Assembly (NCBI GenBank): GCA_034669905.1
Contig: JAXMOL010000005.1
Span: forward strand, 32,001 to 96,000
Length of the DNA stretch: 64,000 nucleotides
Source of the DNA: Candidatus Hydrogenedentota bacterium
GTDB taxonomy: Bacteria; Hydrogenedentota; Hydrogenedentia; Hydrogenedentales; JAEUWI01
Direction of reading: 5' to 3'
The notes beneath the pieces were generated by a model. It did not search any database, was not told the DNA's origin, and worked only from the letters and a program-made list of their open reading frames with translations. Shown piece after piece: positions 49,360-58,238 of the stretch (position 1 is the stretch's first letter; every line of letters starts with the position of its first letter). A program made the position numbers and the translations under genes.

Positions 49360-49741
49360 GGGGGGCGCCCCCTTCGAGGCGGGACAAACGATGACTGAGC
49401 AGCGCCACCTCCTGGGCAAGGTCCCGGTTGCGTTCGGACAGTTTTGAGATAACTACGGTAAAGATCAGCACCAGCGACAGCAGGAACAGAAAGGAGGTGA
49501 TGTAGAACACGGTGAGGTACTGAAAGCCAAAGGCGCTGGAGAACCAGACCACGGTCTGGGGAAATACCCCGACAAAGAGTCCGCCGAGTGCGGCACCCAG
49601 CCAGAGCAGGGCGTAACGCTCTTTCAGATGACTCCGTCGAACCAGTTCCAGCACGACGCCCATAAAGACCATACTGACACACAACAGGCCAATTCGGTGG
49701 GAGAGGTAAAAACCTATGACTTCGGCGCCCGTTTCTTCCAC
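49346..49741 (-). CDS. DUF2304 family membrane protein
   Basis: LVRRSHLKERYALLW and LSERNRDLAQEVALL; follows a DPM1-like GT2, as is typical. Confidence 0.88.
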   Translation of the reverse strand: MEETGAEVIGFYLSHRIGLLCVSMVFMGVVLELVRRSHLKERYALLWLGAALGGLFVGVFPQTVVWFSSAFGFQYLTVFYITSFLFLLSLVLIFTVVISKLSERNRDLAQEVALLSHRLSRLEGGAPREHE

Positions 49742-49751
49742 GGTCAATCCC

Positions 49752-50471
49752 CTATTGCTTGACGCCCACAGGCGCGTAACGTCGGAATATGTCAATGACG
49801 ATGGCCAACCCCACCTTGACCATATAATAGGCTGCACCGTGGGGCCGAATAGAGGTTACCCCCCCTTGACGCGGGTGCATCTGAACGGGAATCTCAATCA
49901 CCTTGAGGCCGTGCTTGTGCAGAATCACCAGCACCTCCGGTTCCGGATAGTCTTCGGGATAGTTTCGCGCCACAATCGCGATGGCATTGCGATTCATGGC
50001 ACGAAAACCACTCGTCGTGTCGGTAATACCGCCACCGATAAACAGGTCAACCCAGCGGGACAGGAGCGACTTCCCCACCCGCCGCAGAAAGCTCGGGTGA
50101 TAATCGGAATCGGCCACGTAGCGGGAGCCAATCACCACGTCGGCCGAGCCATCCTCGATTCGCGCCACGAGCCGGGAAATCTCTTCGGCCGGATGCTGCC
50201 CGTCGGCGTCACATTGGACCGCCACGTCATAGCCATTTCGCAGGGCATATTTGTAGCCGGTCTGCATACCGCCGCCGATGCCGAGGTTAAAGGGAAGGGA
50301 TAACAACTCCGCCTTTCCCTGTTGCCGGACCCGCGCAGCCGTGTCATCCCGTGACCCATCATCGACGACCACGATATCACAGCCGGGCACGGATGCCTGG
50401 ATGTTCTCGATGACGGAGACAATGGTGGCTTCCTCGTTGTAGGCCGGAATTATGACGAGTATGCGCGCCAT
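49752..50471 (-). CDS. GT2 glycosyltransferase, DPM1-like (polyprenol-P sugar synthase)
   Basis: IPAYNE, VDDGS, NLGIGG, DADGQH, IGSR and DTTSGFRA. Confidence 0.92.
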   Translation of the reverse strand: MARILVIIPAYNEEATIVSVIENIQASVPGCDIVVVDDGSRDDTAARVRQQGKAELLSLPFNLGIGGGMQTGYKYALRNGYDVAVQCDADGQHPAEEISRLVARIEDGSADVVIGSRYVADSDYHPSFLRRVGKSLLSRWVDLFIGGGITDTTSGFRAMNRNAIAIVARNYPEDYPEPEVLVILHKHGLKVIEIPVQMHPRQGGVTSIRPHGAAYYMVKVGLAIVIDIFRRYAPVGVKQ

Positions 50472-51469
50472 CAGGCTGCTCCGTTTCGCTTCATGCCGAA
50501 TTTCCAAAGTCCATGAACCAGGCCCAGTGCCCGCGCCAAATCGCGGACGCACAGGACGAACCAGCAGTATAACAGGTCGGGCCACGACAGGCGCGCGCGC
50601 AGTCGCCGCGTGATGGGCACATGGAGCAACCCATAGAGCAGCAACAGTCCCCCATAGAACGCGGGCACCCCCGGTGAGGCCAGGGAGAAGAGCCAGGATG
50701 CCATGGCAATCGGAGCACCCGCCGCAAGCACGAGCGACAGGGGTGGCGCCAGGAGATCGGGCCAGCCCGCATATTGGTCCCCCCCACCCGCACGCTGCGG
50801 GTGGTCGCGGTAGAGCTTAACCCGCCAGCAACCGTGCCGCGCCTGGGTCCGCAAATAGCCCGCAAGGCGCTCGGGGTGATGGTGGCCCACGATGGCCTCT
50901 GCGGTAAAGTGCAGGCGCCCCTGGGCATCCTGTAGTTTATAGGCAAGGTCGTTGTCTTCCCCCGAAGCCCAGCGGTAACTTTCCTCAAAACCGCCCACAG
51001 CATCGAAGGCCGCCTTGCGGTAGGCCACGTTAAAGGAGCCGAGAAAATCCACCTCCAGGCCAAAGCGGGCGTGTCGGGCGGCAATTTCCGCCTGAACCAC
51101 CCGAGCCAGGCGGGCATGGGCATTGATGATGTCGTAGGTCCCCCCGACAGCCACCACTCCGTTCTCAAAGGCAGCCACTAAATGGCGAATCCAATCGGGA
51201 CGGGGTACGCAATCGGAATCGGTGTAAGCGAGAATCTCCCCCCGGGCCACCCGTGCTCCGTGATTCCGCGCCGCGGCCGGCCCCTGGTTTTTCTGGGAGA
51301 AGATCTGGACGCCCGGCGTTTCCCGGGCTATGGTCGCCGTTTCGTCGGTGGAACCATCATCCACAACAATAATCTCCGTGTCGGGATAGTCCTGGGCCAG
51401 ACAGGCTTCCAGGCAGGCAGGCAGGGTACGGGCGCCGTTGTAGGCCGGGATGATTATGGAAACCAGCAC
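50471..51469 (-). CDS. GT2 glycosyltransferase with C-terminal TM helices
   Basis: IIPAYN, VDDGS, GPAAARN, TDSD and GEDNDL. Confidence 0.92.
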   Translation of the reverse strand: MLVSIIIPAYNGARTLPACLEACLAQDYPDTEIIVVDDGSTDETATIARETPGVQIFSQKNQGPAAARNHGARVARGEILAYTDSDCVPRPDWIRHLVAAFENGVVAVGGTYDIINAHARLARVVQAEIAARHARFGLEVDFLGSFNVAYRKAAFDAVGGFEESYRWASGEDNDLAYKLQDAQGRLHFTAEAIVGHHHPERLAGYLRTQARHGCWRVKLYRDHPQRAGGGDQYAGWPDLLAPPLSLVLAAGAPIAMASWLFSLASPGVPAFYGGLLLLYGLLHVPITRRLRARLSWPDLLYCWFVLCVRDLARALGLVHGLWKFGMKRNGAA

Positions 51470-51506
51470 GAAGGCACTTCCTCTTTCCGATGATTCTCCA
51501 TCCCGA

Positions 51507-51995
51507 TCATCCCTTTCGCTCCCGTTGTACCCGTTCCACCATATTCCGCACCGCACCGATCAGGGGCTCTTTGTGAGGACGGTAGTCCGCCTTTACCGCG
51601 GGCGGTTTCGCGCAGGCTGCCGCCATTTCTCGCATGTCCACTACCTTCCGGCCCCAGCCACGTCGTTCAATGGCATCGGCGATTTCAATCTGATGGTCGT
51701 TCATATGTTCGTTAAAGCGCTTGAGACGGGGCACCGTCACGAAAGGCCGGCCCACGCTGAGGGCGTCCAGGGCGGTGCCAATACCCGCATGCCCCACGAT
51801 GACCCGCGCGTGGCGCTGAATTTCCAGGACCTCTTCCCGGGGCAGGAAGTCGAACCAGGCGCAGTGGCGGGGCCGGGTCGGGGACATCCCCAATTGGATA
51901 ATCACCTGCTCTCCGGAGTCCCGCGCGATGTCGTCCATCACATCAACAAGCCGTTTAAAGTCGAGAAACATGGTGCCCAGGGTCACGTATATCAT
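51507..51995 (-). CDS. PssE/Cps14G (Alg13-like) glycosyltransferase subunit
   Basis: IYVTLGT, FKRLV, GHAGIGT and VPRL..EH.NDHQ. Confidence 0.9.
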   Translation of the reverse strand: MIYVTLGTMFLDFKRLVDVMDDIARDSGEQVIIQLGMSPTRPRHCAWFDFLPREEVLEIQRHARVIVGHAGIGTALDALSVGRPFVTVPRLKRFNEHMNDHQIEIADAIERRGWGRKVVDMREMAAACAKPPAVKADYRPHKEPLIGAVRNMVERVQRERKG

Positions 51996-52462
51996 GGCGC
52001 AGGCGCTTCATCGATAAGGGAGCCCACAAACCGGGCCCGAGGTCCATAGGCGGCGAGGAGCTCAGGCCACTGCACGTAAAACTCTTCCGCCATCCAGTAC
52101 ATGACCCGCCCGGTCACCGAGGGGCGCACCACCTGGGCTCCGCACTCGATGTAAAGGGCCGGCACGCGGAAGAGCTTCCCGATGAGCACAACGGGGATGG
52201 CGATTTCCGCGCCGGTGGACACAATAAGATCGGGACGTTCCTTACGGAAGATCCGGGTAACACGCACCAGGTTCTTGAGAAACTCGATGGGGTTCTTGGC
52301 CATATTGGGTACGAGATAGCGATTTTCCAGCCGACGGGTCGTGTCGGCGTCGTAGCAGAAGTAAAAAACGGTGTGGCCTTCAAAAGCCTCCTGAATCTGA
52401 AGCATCTCGTTTAAGTGCCCGCCGTGCGAGCAGGTGCAGCAGATTTTTATGGGTTCAGGCAT
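51992..52462 (-). CDS. PssD/Cps14F (Alg14-like) glycosyltransferase subunit
   Basis: SHGGHL, ERPDLIVSTGA, PSVTGR and YVQWP; overlaps its partner. Confidence 0.9.
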   Translation of the reverse strand: MPEPIKICCTCSHGGHLNEMLQIQEAFEGHTVFYFCYDADTTRRLENRYLVPNMAKNPIEFLKNLVRVTRIFRKERPDLIVSTGAEIAIPVVLIGKLFRVPALYIECGAQVVRPSVTGRVMYWMAEEFYVQWPELLAAYGPRARFVGSLIDEAPAP

Positions 52463-52651
52463 GTAACCTCATCTCACACTATGGCTGGGCATCTCCTGCG
52501 ATTTTACGAGGCCAAGGGTACGGATAGCAACGGCCGAACACAAAATACCCGGCAAGCCCGCCCTTTTCCAGTCCATCGAGCTAGATTACCGGTGTCGCCC
52601 CCGATACAATAGGCGCACACCACGTTCCAACCCACTGGGTACGCTACACGG

Positions 52652-54268
52652 ATGTACAGTAACGAACGCTATTCCGCCTTCCTGCGGCGGCTGAATAACT
52701 TTCTCCCCGATATCACCGACGACGCGCCGTCCCGGTGGGCGCCCTGGGAGTGGCTGGTCGTCGCCACCGGGATGTTGGGCACCCTGGCCTTAGGACTGGC
52801 CCATCTCGGTGTCCCCAGCCTGTGGCACGACGAGTTGGTCCACATCTACGTGTCGAAGAGCATCGCTGCCACGGGATGGCCCGCCCTGCCGAGTGGCAAT
52901 TTCTATCCCAGTTCAACCGCCTACAATATACTCCTCGCGGGCTTCGTTGGCCTCTTCGGAGACGACGCCTTCTGGGTGCGCCTGCCTTCGGTCCTGCTGG
53001 CGAGCCTGAACGTGGCCTTGCTGTACCTCGTGGCCCGCAGCCACCTGGGCCGTCGCGTTGCCGTGGTCGCCCTCTTCCTGCTGGCCCTTTCCCCCTGGCA
53101 CATCGCCTGGGCAAGACAGGCACGGCTCTACGAGTTTCAGGTATTCAGCTATCTGCTGCTCGTCATCGCCACCTGGCGCTATGCGTGCAGCACACACCGC
53201 CGGGCACAGCAGCTTTGGGGTCTGGGCGCCATGGTGGCCTATATCGTCGGCGTGCTCACTTCCTTCCACTCGATTCTCTACCTCGGACCCGTGGGCGCCT
53301 ATGCCATCCTCCAGACGCTGATTGAGAAGCAATGGCGCAGCCGCCATGCCGTGACTATCGTCGCCTGCACCGTGCTCGGCATCCTCACCATCCTGTGGTT
53401 CCGCTTCAACCCCAATCCGGTGGACCGCGCGGCCGTCTTCGAAACGGGTATTGGCGGCCTGTTGCTCGACTACCTGCGAACCGATCGCTATTTCTATCTG
53501 CGGTTCCTCGCGAACAACCTGAGTAGTGGCTTTCTCCTCCTCGCCTTCGCGGGTACCGGGCTGCTGCTATGGCGGACCACGCCTCAAAAGCGTCTGGTCG
53601 TCCTGGCCTTCTGGGTACCGGTACTGATTCTGACCTTTCTCGTCGGCTATCGGCGCCCCCGCTTCATGTTCTTTGCCTATCCCTTCTACGTGCTCTTGTC
53701 CAGCGTGGGGTTGGTTGGTGTCCTGGCCCTGGTCCTTCGCGGACGTCGCTCTCTCCTGCACGGCATCGTGGCGCTCCTGGCCGTGCTGTTTCTGGGGCGA
53801 CTCTCCCTATCCCTCGTAGACCTCACCCATCAGAGCCTCAAGACCGCATCGGGCGCGGACGTCACCCTTGCCCGTCGTCATCCCCAGTGGAAAAAGCCGA
53901 CGGCCTGGGTGAAGTCCCATCGGACCGACGAAGCGATTCTCACGACGACCTTTCTGCCGGTCTATCACTACGTCGGCCACGTGGACAACTGGTTCCCCAA
54001 CCGCTACACGCGCTGGGAGTTTCAGGAGTCGGGCCTGGAAGGGCTGGGTTCCCTGGAGGCACTCAAGGGCTTTCTTGAGGAGCATCCCCGTGGCTTTTAC
54101 ATCGCGGAGGATTCCCGCTTCATGATGTGGCGCTGGCACGGCGATCTAATCGACGATCTGGGGCAGGAGGTGTTCTGGGTGGAAGCCCATATGACGCGTG
54201 TTGATGAAGCCTGCAGCGACGATGTCCAGGTTTGGGCCTGGGATTTCACAGAAGGGGTGCCGGAATGA
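52652..54268 (+). CDS. GT-C fold (PMT/ArnT-like) membrane glycosyltransferase
   Basis: SLWHDE first-loop motif, RLPSVL and SPWHIAWARQARLY; many TM helices. Confidence 0.88.
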   Translation: MYSNERYSAFLRRLNNFLPDITDDAPSRWAPWEWLVVATGMLGTLALGLAHLGVPSLWHDELVHIYVSKSIAATGWPALPSGNFYPSSTAYNILLAGFVGLFGDDAFWVRLPSVLLASLNVALLYLVARSHLGRRVAVVALFLLALSPWHIAWARQARLYEFQVFSYLLLVIATWRYACSTHRRAQQLWGLGAMVAYIVGVLTSFHSILYLGPVGAYAILQTLIEKQWRSRHAVTIVACTVLGILTILWFRFNPNPVDRAAVFETGIGGLLLDYLRTDRYFYLRFLANNLSSGFLLLAFAGTGLLLWRTTPQKRLVVLAFWVPVLILTFLVGYRRPRFMFFAYPFYVLLSSVGLVGVLALVLRGRRSLLHGIVALLAVLFLGRLSLSLVDLTHQSLKTASGADVTLARRHPQWKKPTAWVKSHRTDEAILTTTFLPVYHYVGHVDNWFPNRYTRWEFQESGLEGLGSLEALKGFLEEHPRGFYIAEDSRFMMWRWHGDLIDDLGQEVFWVEAHMTRVDEACSDDVQVWAWDFTEGVPE

Positions 54269-55209
54269 CAGAGACGACGCCACCGCCGCGTCGGGCCTGG
54301 GGACGCTACCTTTTCCTGGTGGGCCTGGTATTGCTCACGGTATTGGGGTGGCACTTTGGCTGGCAAAATCTCGCCCAGCTGATCCGCGGTGCCTCTCCCG
54401 TCGACCTGGGTCTCATGACCCTGCTGATCGTGGCAGGCTTCTGGATTCGTGCGTGGAAATGGCACTACGCCCTGGGACCGGGACAGCAGGGAGTTCGCCT
54501 GTTTTTTATTGCGAAGACGGCGGGTAATCTTACGCCGGGCCGGGCCGGAGAATTCGCCCCCTTGTTGTTGCGCGGCCACCGCAATGCCCGGGTCGCCGCC
54601 TGGATCGGCCTGGATCGTATCATCGAAGTCGTTTGGACCCTCGGCCTGGGTTTCCTCGGCGCCGCGGCTATTGGCCTGGTGCCCTGGTGGATAGTGGTCG
54701 GGGGCACGACGGTCGGGGTACTCCTACTGCTCGTCGCCTGGCGCGTATTGGGGCGCGTCCCCTTTCGAGCCCCCTCGGCCGACGGGGAAACCGCCACATG
54801 GCCTGAAAAGCTGTCGGGAATGCTCCACACCTTGCGGAAGGAACTCGTACTCTTCGGGCCAGCGTTGCCTGTGGTGATGGTGTCGACCGCCGTGGCCAAA
54901 GTCACGGACATCTACGCGGTGATTCTTCTTTGCGCGGCCTTTGGGCACACCGCATCCTTTCTGGTGGTGTGTGCCGCACGTTGCGCCCATGCGCTGGTCA
55001 GCGCCGTGCCCGTTACGCCGGATGCCACCGGGGTGCCCTTCATCGCAGCCGCCTGGTGCCTGAACACCTATTCCGCCATCCCCTATGACACCCTGACGGC
55101 GGCCCTGGGATTGGAGGTCATCGTAATAAATGCTATACTCTGGGCATGTTTTTGTATCGTTTCCGCCCTCCCGTGGGACACCGCCAATGAGAGCAACCCG
55201 GTGAAATAA
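54265..55209 (+). CDS. LPG synthase TM-domain (UPF0104) putative flippase
   Basis: RAWKW, GNLTPGRAGE and LDR motifs; ATGA overlap. Confidence 0.82.
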   Translation: MTETTPPPRRAWGRYLFLVGLVLLTVLGWHFGWQNLAQLIRGASPVDLGLMTLLIVAGFWIRAWKWHYALGPGQQGVRLFFIAKTAGNLTPGRAGEFAPLLLRGHRNARVAAWIGLDRIIEVVWTLGLGFLGAAAIGLVPWWIVVGGTTVGVLLLLVAWRVLGRVPFRAPSADGETATWPEKLSGMLHTLRKELVLFGPALPVVMVSTAVAKVTDIYAVILLCAAFGHTASFLVVCAARCAHALVSAVPVTPDATGVPFIAAAWCLNTYSAIPYDTLTAALGLEVIVINAILWACFCIVSALPWDTANESNPVK

Positions 55210-55269
55210 CGTCCCCCCCGGCAAAACGGGCGTGCCCACCACGGTCCCCTTTGACATAGAAAGTTTTCC

Positions 55270-56292
55270 ATGAGCAAACACACGACGGGAATCCTCCTGA
55301 TTAACACCGGCTCCTCCTCCGCCCCCAAGGTGCCAGAGACCCGCGCCTACCTGAAGCAGTTTCTCTCTGACCCGCGTATCATCGACATCGCGGCCTGGAA
55401 GCGCTGGGTTATTGTGAATTGCTTCATCCTCCCCTTCCGCCCCAAGCAGACGGCCGAAGCCTATGAAGCTATCTGGACGGACCGCGGCTCTCCCCTCATT
55501 GCCATCAGCGAAGACTTTGCCGAAGCACTGGCCAGGGAACTGCCCGACATGCCCATCGAAATCGGCATGGCCTATGGAGACCCGTCGATTGAGGCGGGCA
55601 TGGACAAACTCATGGCCCGGGGCGTGGACCGCATTATCATTGCCCCCATGTTCCCTCAGTACGCTTCTGCCACGACCGGTGCGGTTTTCGAGCGCTCCTT
55701 CACCTATGCCGCGAAGCAGTGGAACGTCCCCTGTCTAACCGCCCTGCCGCCCTACTACGACAATGAAGATTACCTCGATGCCTGGAAGGCCGTGGCCGCA
55801 GAAAAACTGGCCGCCTTCCAGCCCGACCATGTGGTTCTCAGTTATCACGGTCTCCCGGAGCGGCAGATTAAGAAGGGCGATCCTTCGGGGAGTCACTGCC
55901 TAATGAAGAAGGACTGCTGCGAGACGGTCAATGATGCCAATAAGAATTGCTATCGTCGCCATTGTCTCTACACGTCGCGGGAGATTGTGAAGCGCCTGGG
56001 TCTGGAAGAAGGCAAGTACTCCGTCACCTTCCAATCCCGTCTGGGCCGGGACCCCTGGCTCACGCCGGCCACCGACCAAACCGTGGATGAACTCGCGAAG
56101 CAGGGTGTGAAACGCCTGGCGATCTTGTCGCCCGCCTTTACCGCTGATTGCCTGGAGACCCTGGAAGAAATCGGCATGCAGGCGAAGGATAGCTTTATCG
56201 CGCACGGCGGCGAGGCCTTCGAATTGATCCCGTCGCTGAACACCCACCCGAAATGGGTGGAAGCCTTCGCTGGAATCATTAAGGCGTTGTAG
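55270..56292 (+). CDS. hemH: Ferrochelatase
   Basis: FLSDPRIID, SPL, MAYGDP, FPQYA, SYHGLP, FQSRLG..WL.P and DCLETLEEI. Confidence 0.96.
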   Translation: MSKHTTGILLINTGSSSAPKVPETRAYLKQFLSDPRIIDIAAWKRWVIVNCFILPFRPKQTAEAYEAIWTDRGSPLIAISEDFAEALARELPDMPIEIGMAYGDPSIEAGMDKLMARGVDRIIIAPMFPQYASATTGAVFERSFTYAAKQWNVPCLTALPPYYDNEDYLDAWKAVAAEKLAAFQPDHVVLSYHGLPERQIKKGDPSGSHCLMKKDCCETVNDANKNCYRRHCLYTSREIVKRLGLEEGKYSVTFQSRLGRDPWLTPATDQTVDELAKQGVKRLAILSPAFTADCLETLEEIGMQAKDSFIAHGGEAFELIPSLNTHPKWVEAFAGIIKAL

Positions 56293-56474
56293 GGGACTGC
56301 CGGGGACTGCACCGACGTGGCAATGACACGGTACCCACAACGACGAGCATGCGAAAAAGCCAGTTGTAGTGAACGAATTAAACTCGGACGTCGGGGCCGT
56401 CCCCCTCCCCAGCGGGATCACAGTCTCCGCCACGAGGGGAACATTTCAAAACGCCATAGGGGGAGAGCTTAACC

Positions 56475-57014
56475 ATGGAAATACTTGCCCGTTTCTATCG
56501 TTTAGTGATGCCCCGATTCCGCTGTACTTTGACCACCTCATTGGACCATGAGCAGGTAGAGGATATCTTGCGGAAGATAATCAGTACCGCCATGTTTTTC
56601 TCTTCTCCGGGAATTCCTCTCAAAGGGAATTTCGCCCCACCCAGATTCAATGTCGACGTGAATGACCAAGGAGAGCAGGCAAGTACGAAATTCAGCGGCA
56701 CGTTGGAGCGCGGCCAAGGCGAAACCCGTATACACACCCACGCCGAGTTGGGAATGCTCGGAATCGTCATTCCATCTTTTACATTGGGAATCGTATACTT
56801 AGCCGCGTTGGACATGCGCTTGGATCAGGCAATATCAGCTGCACTTCTGATCATTGGAGCACTGCTCTTTGTCATCTTTCGGATCATGGAAATCAGGTGC
56901 TTTTGGCGGGACGTATACGCGATTGTTGAAATCCTGGAGTACCATCTCGCTGCCGAAGTAGTTTTCCGATCGCATGGCAAGTCTGGCGTGCCCATTGACA
57001 ACAACACGGAGTAG
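56475..57014 (+). CDS. Hypothetical membrane protein with two TM helices
   Basis: 179 aa ORF, GGAG RBS, visibly more A/T-rich than its neighbours. Confidence 0.6.
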   Translation: MEILARFYRLVMPRFRCTLTTSLDHEQVEDILRKIISTAMFFSSPGIPLKGNFAPPRFNVDVNDQGEQASTKFSGTLERGQGETRIHTHAELGMLGIVIPSFTLGIVYLAALDMRLDQAISAALLIIGALLFVIFRIMEIRCFWRDVYAIVEILEYHLAAEVVFRSHGKSGVPIDNNTE

Positions 57015-57173
57015 AACAGTTTCTATTTCGCAGGGTAGGTAGGTGTCGCCCGCAGTCTCCTTCAAGAGGGGGACAGCCTCGCCTTCCGAGACGTCGCCCT
57101 GGGACCATGACACGGGGTGCGACACCTCGCTTGCTGCGCGACCCCTTCGTTCTTTTGGTCGAGGCAGTCCCCG

Positions 57174-57599
57174 CTACAATTTCATCCCAAAATGATGGGC
57201 CGTAATATCCATGCACTTGGTGAGGTAAAAACGATGGGCGGCGAATCGTTGGACCCCGCTATCGAGGTGTAATTCGGCACAGCCTTGGCGACGCCCTTCG
57301 TCCACGAGCCAGTCGAGGAGCATACCCCCATAGCCGCCACTTCGATGGGCCTCTGCGGTCACCAGATCGTCCACATAGATAAAATGCCCCCAGGACAAGT
57401 TGCGCCCCAAACGATAGCCCGCCACGGCAACGGGCACGCCGTCTTCCATGACAACGATCAGGTGGTAGTGCTGGGTCGTCATCTGATCCACGACCTGCTC
57501 GACGAAGGCTTCCTGTGTCAGATGGGGACGTAGTTCCGCCATGACGGGATAGCACGTGGCGATTTCTTCGGGCGTCGCTGGTTTCTCGATGTGGCTCAT
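57174..57599 (-). CDS. GNAT N-acetyltransferase
   Basis: YVDDLVT..HRSGGYG and LDSG..AHRFY; start MSHIEK. Confidence 0.92.
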   Translation of the reverse strand: MSHIEKPATPEEIATCYPVMAELRPHLTQEAFVEQVVDQMTTQHYHLIVVMEDGVPVAVAGYRLGRNLSWGHFIYVDDLVTAEAHRSGGYGGMLLDWLVDEGRRQGCAELHLDSGVQRFAAHRFYLTKCMDITAHHFGMKL

Positions 57600-57717
57600 C
57601 ACGCGCAGGGGCTCCTTGGGACGAATTGATAGTGAGAACGAGCCACAGTGTAGCACCCGCCCGCGCATGCCCCGCAAATCGAAGGGGCAAGGAGGCGTCC
57701 GCCGAAGTTCCACCACC

Positions 57718-58176
57718 CTAACGACGTTTGGCCGCTTTCTTTGCCGCCCGCTTCTCCGCCATTCGCTCCCGTACCGTCGTTGGCTTGGCACCGCTTTTCA
57801 TTTTGGCGGAGCGCTTGCCTGGCTTTCCCGTGGATTTCCCCACCCCTTTTTTCTCTGCCTTTTCCGCCTTCTTGCGCGCCGTCGTTTCCCGCTTCTGCTG
57901 CTTCTTCTCCGCCTGCGCCGCTTTTCGTTCGGCCACGGCACGCTTCTTCGCGGCCGTGGCCTCACGTTTGGACGCCTTCAGCTTCTCTTTTTCAACGCGT
58001 TTTTCTGCGGCCGCTTCACGCTTCGCCGCGCGCACACGTTTCTTTTCCGCCGCCGCCTCTTTGCGAGCCTGCGTTCGTTCCTTGGACGCGGCCTTCTCCG
58101 CCCGGTCAGCAATCATTTTCTCTGCGACGGAACGGACCCGGGCCCACGTACCTGGTTTCTTCTCGGAATTTGCCAT
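57718..58176 (-). CDS. Lys/Ala/Arg-rich basic protein, histone H1-like
   Basis: Low-complexity AAAEKK repeats; co-oriented downstream of the ACAD gene. Confidence 0.6.
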   Translation of the reverse strand: MANSEKKPGTWARVRSVAEKMIADRAEKAASKERTQARKEAAAEKKRVRAAKREAAAEKRVEKEKLKASKREATAAKKRAVAERKAAQAEKKQQKRETTARKKAEKAEKKGVGKSTGKPGKRSAKMKSGAKPTTVRERMAEKRAAKKAAKRR

Positions 58177-58238
58177 ATGGATTGGCTACCCTTCGTGGCG
58201 GATGGGGAGCCAATCGCCGTTAGCAATGCGTTGCTGAA

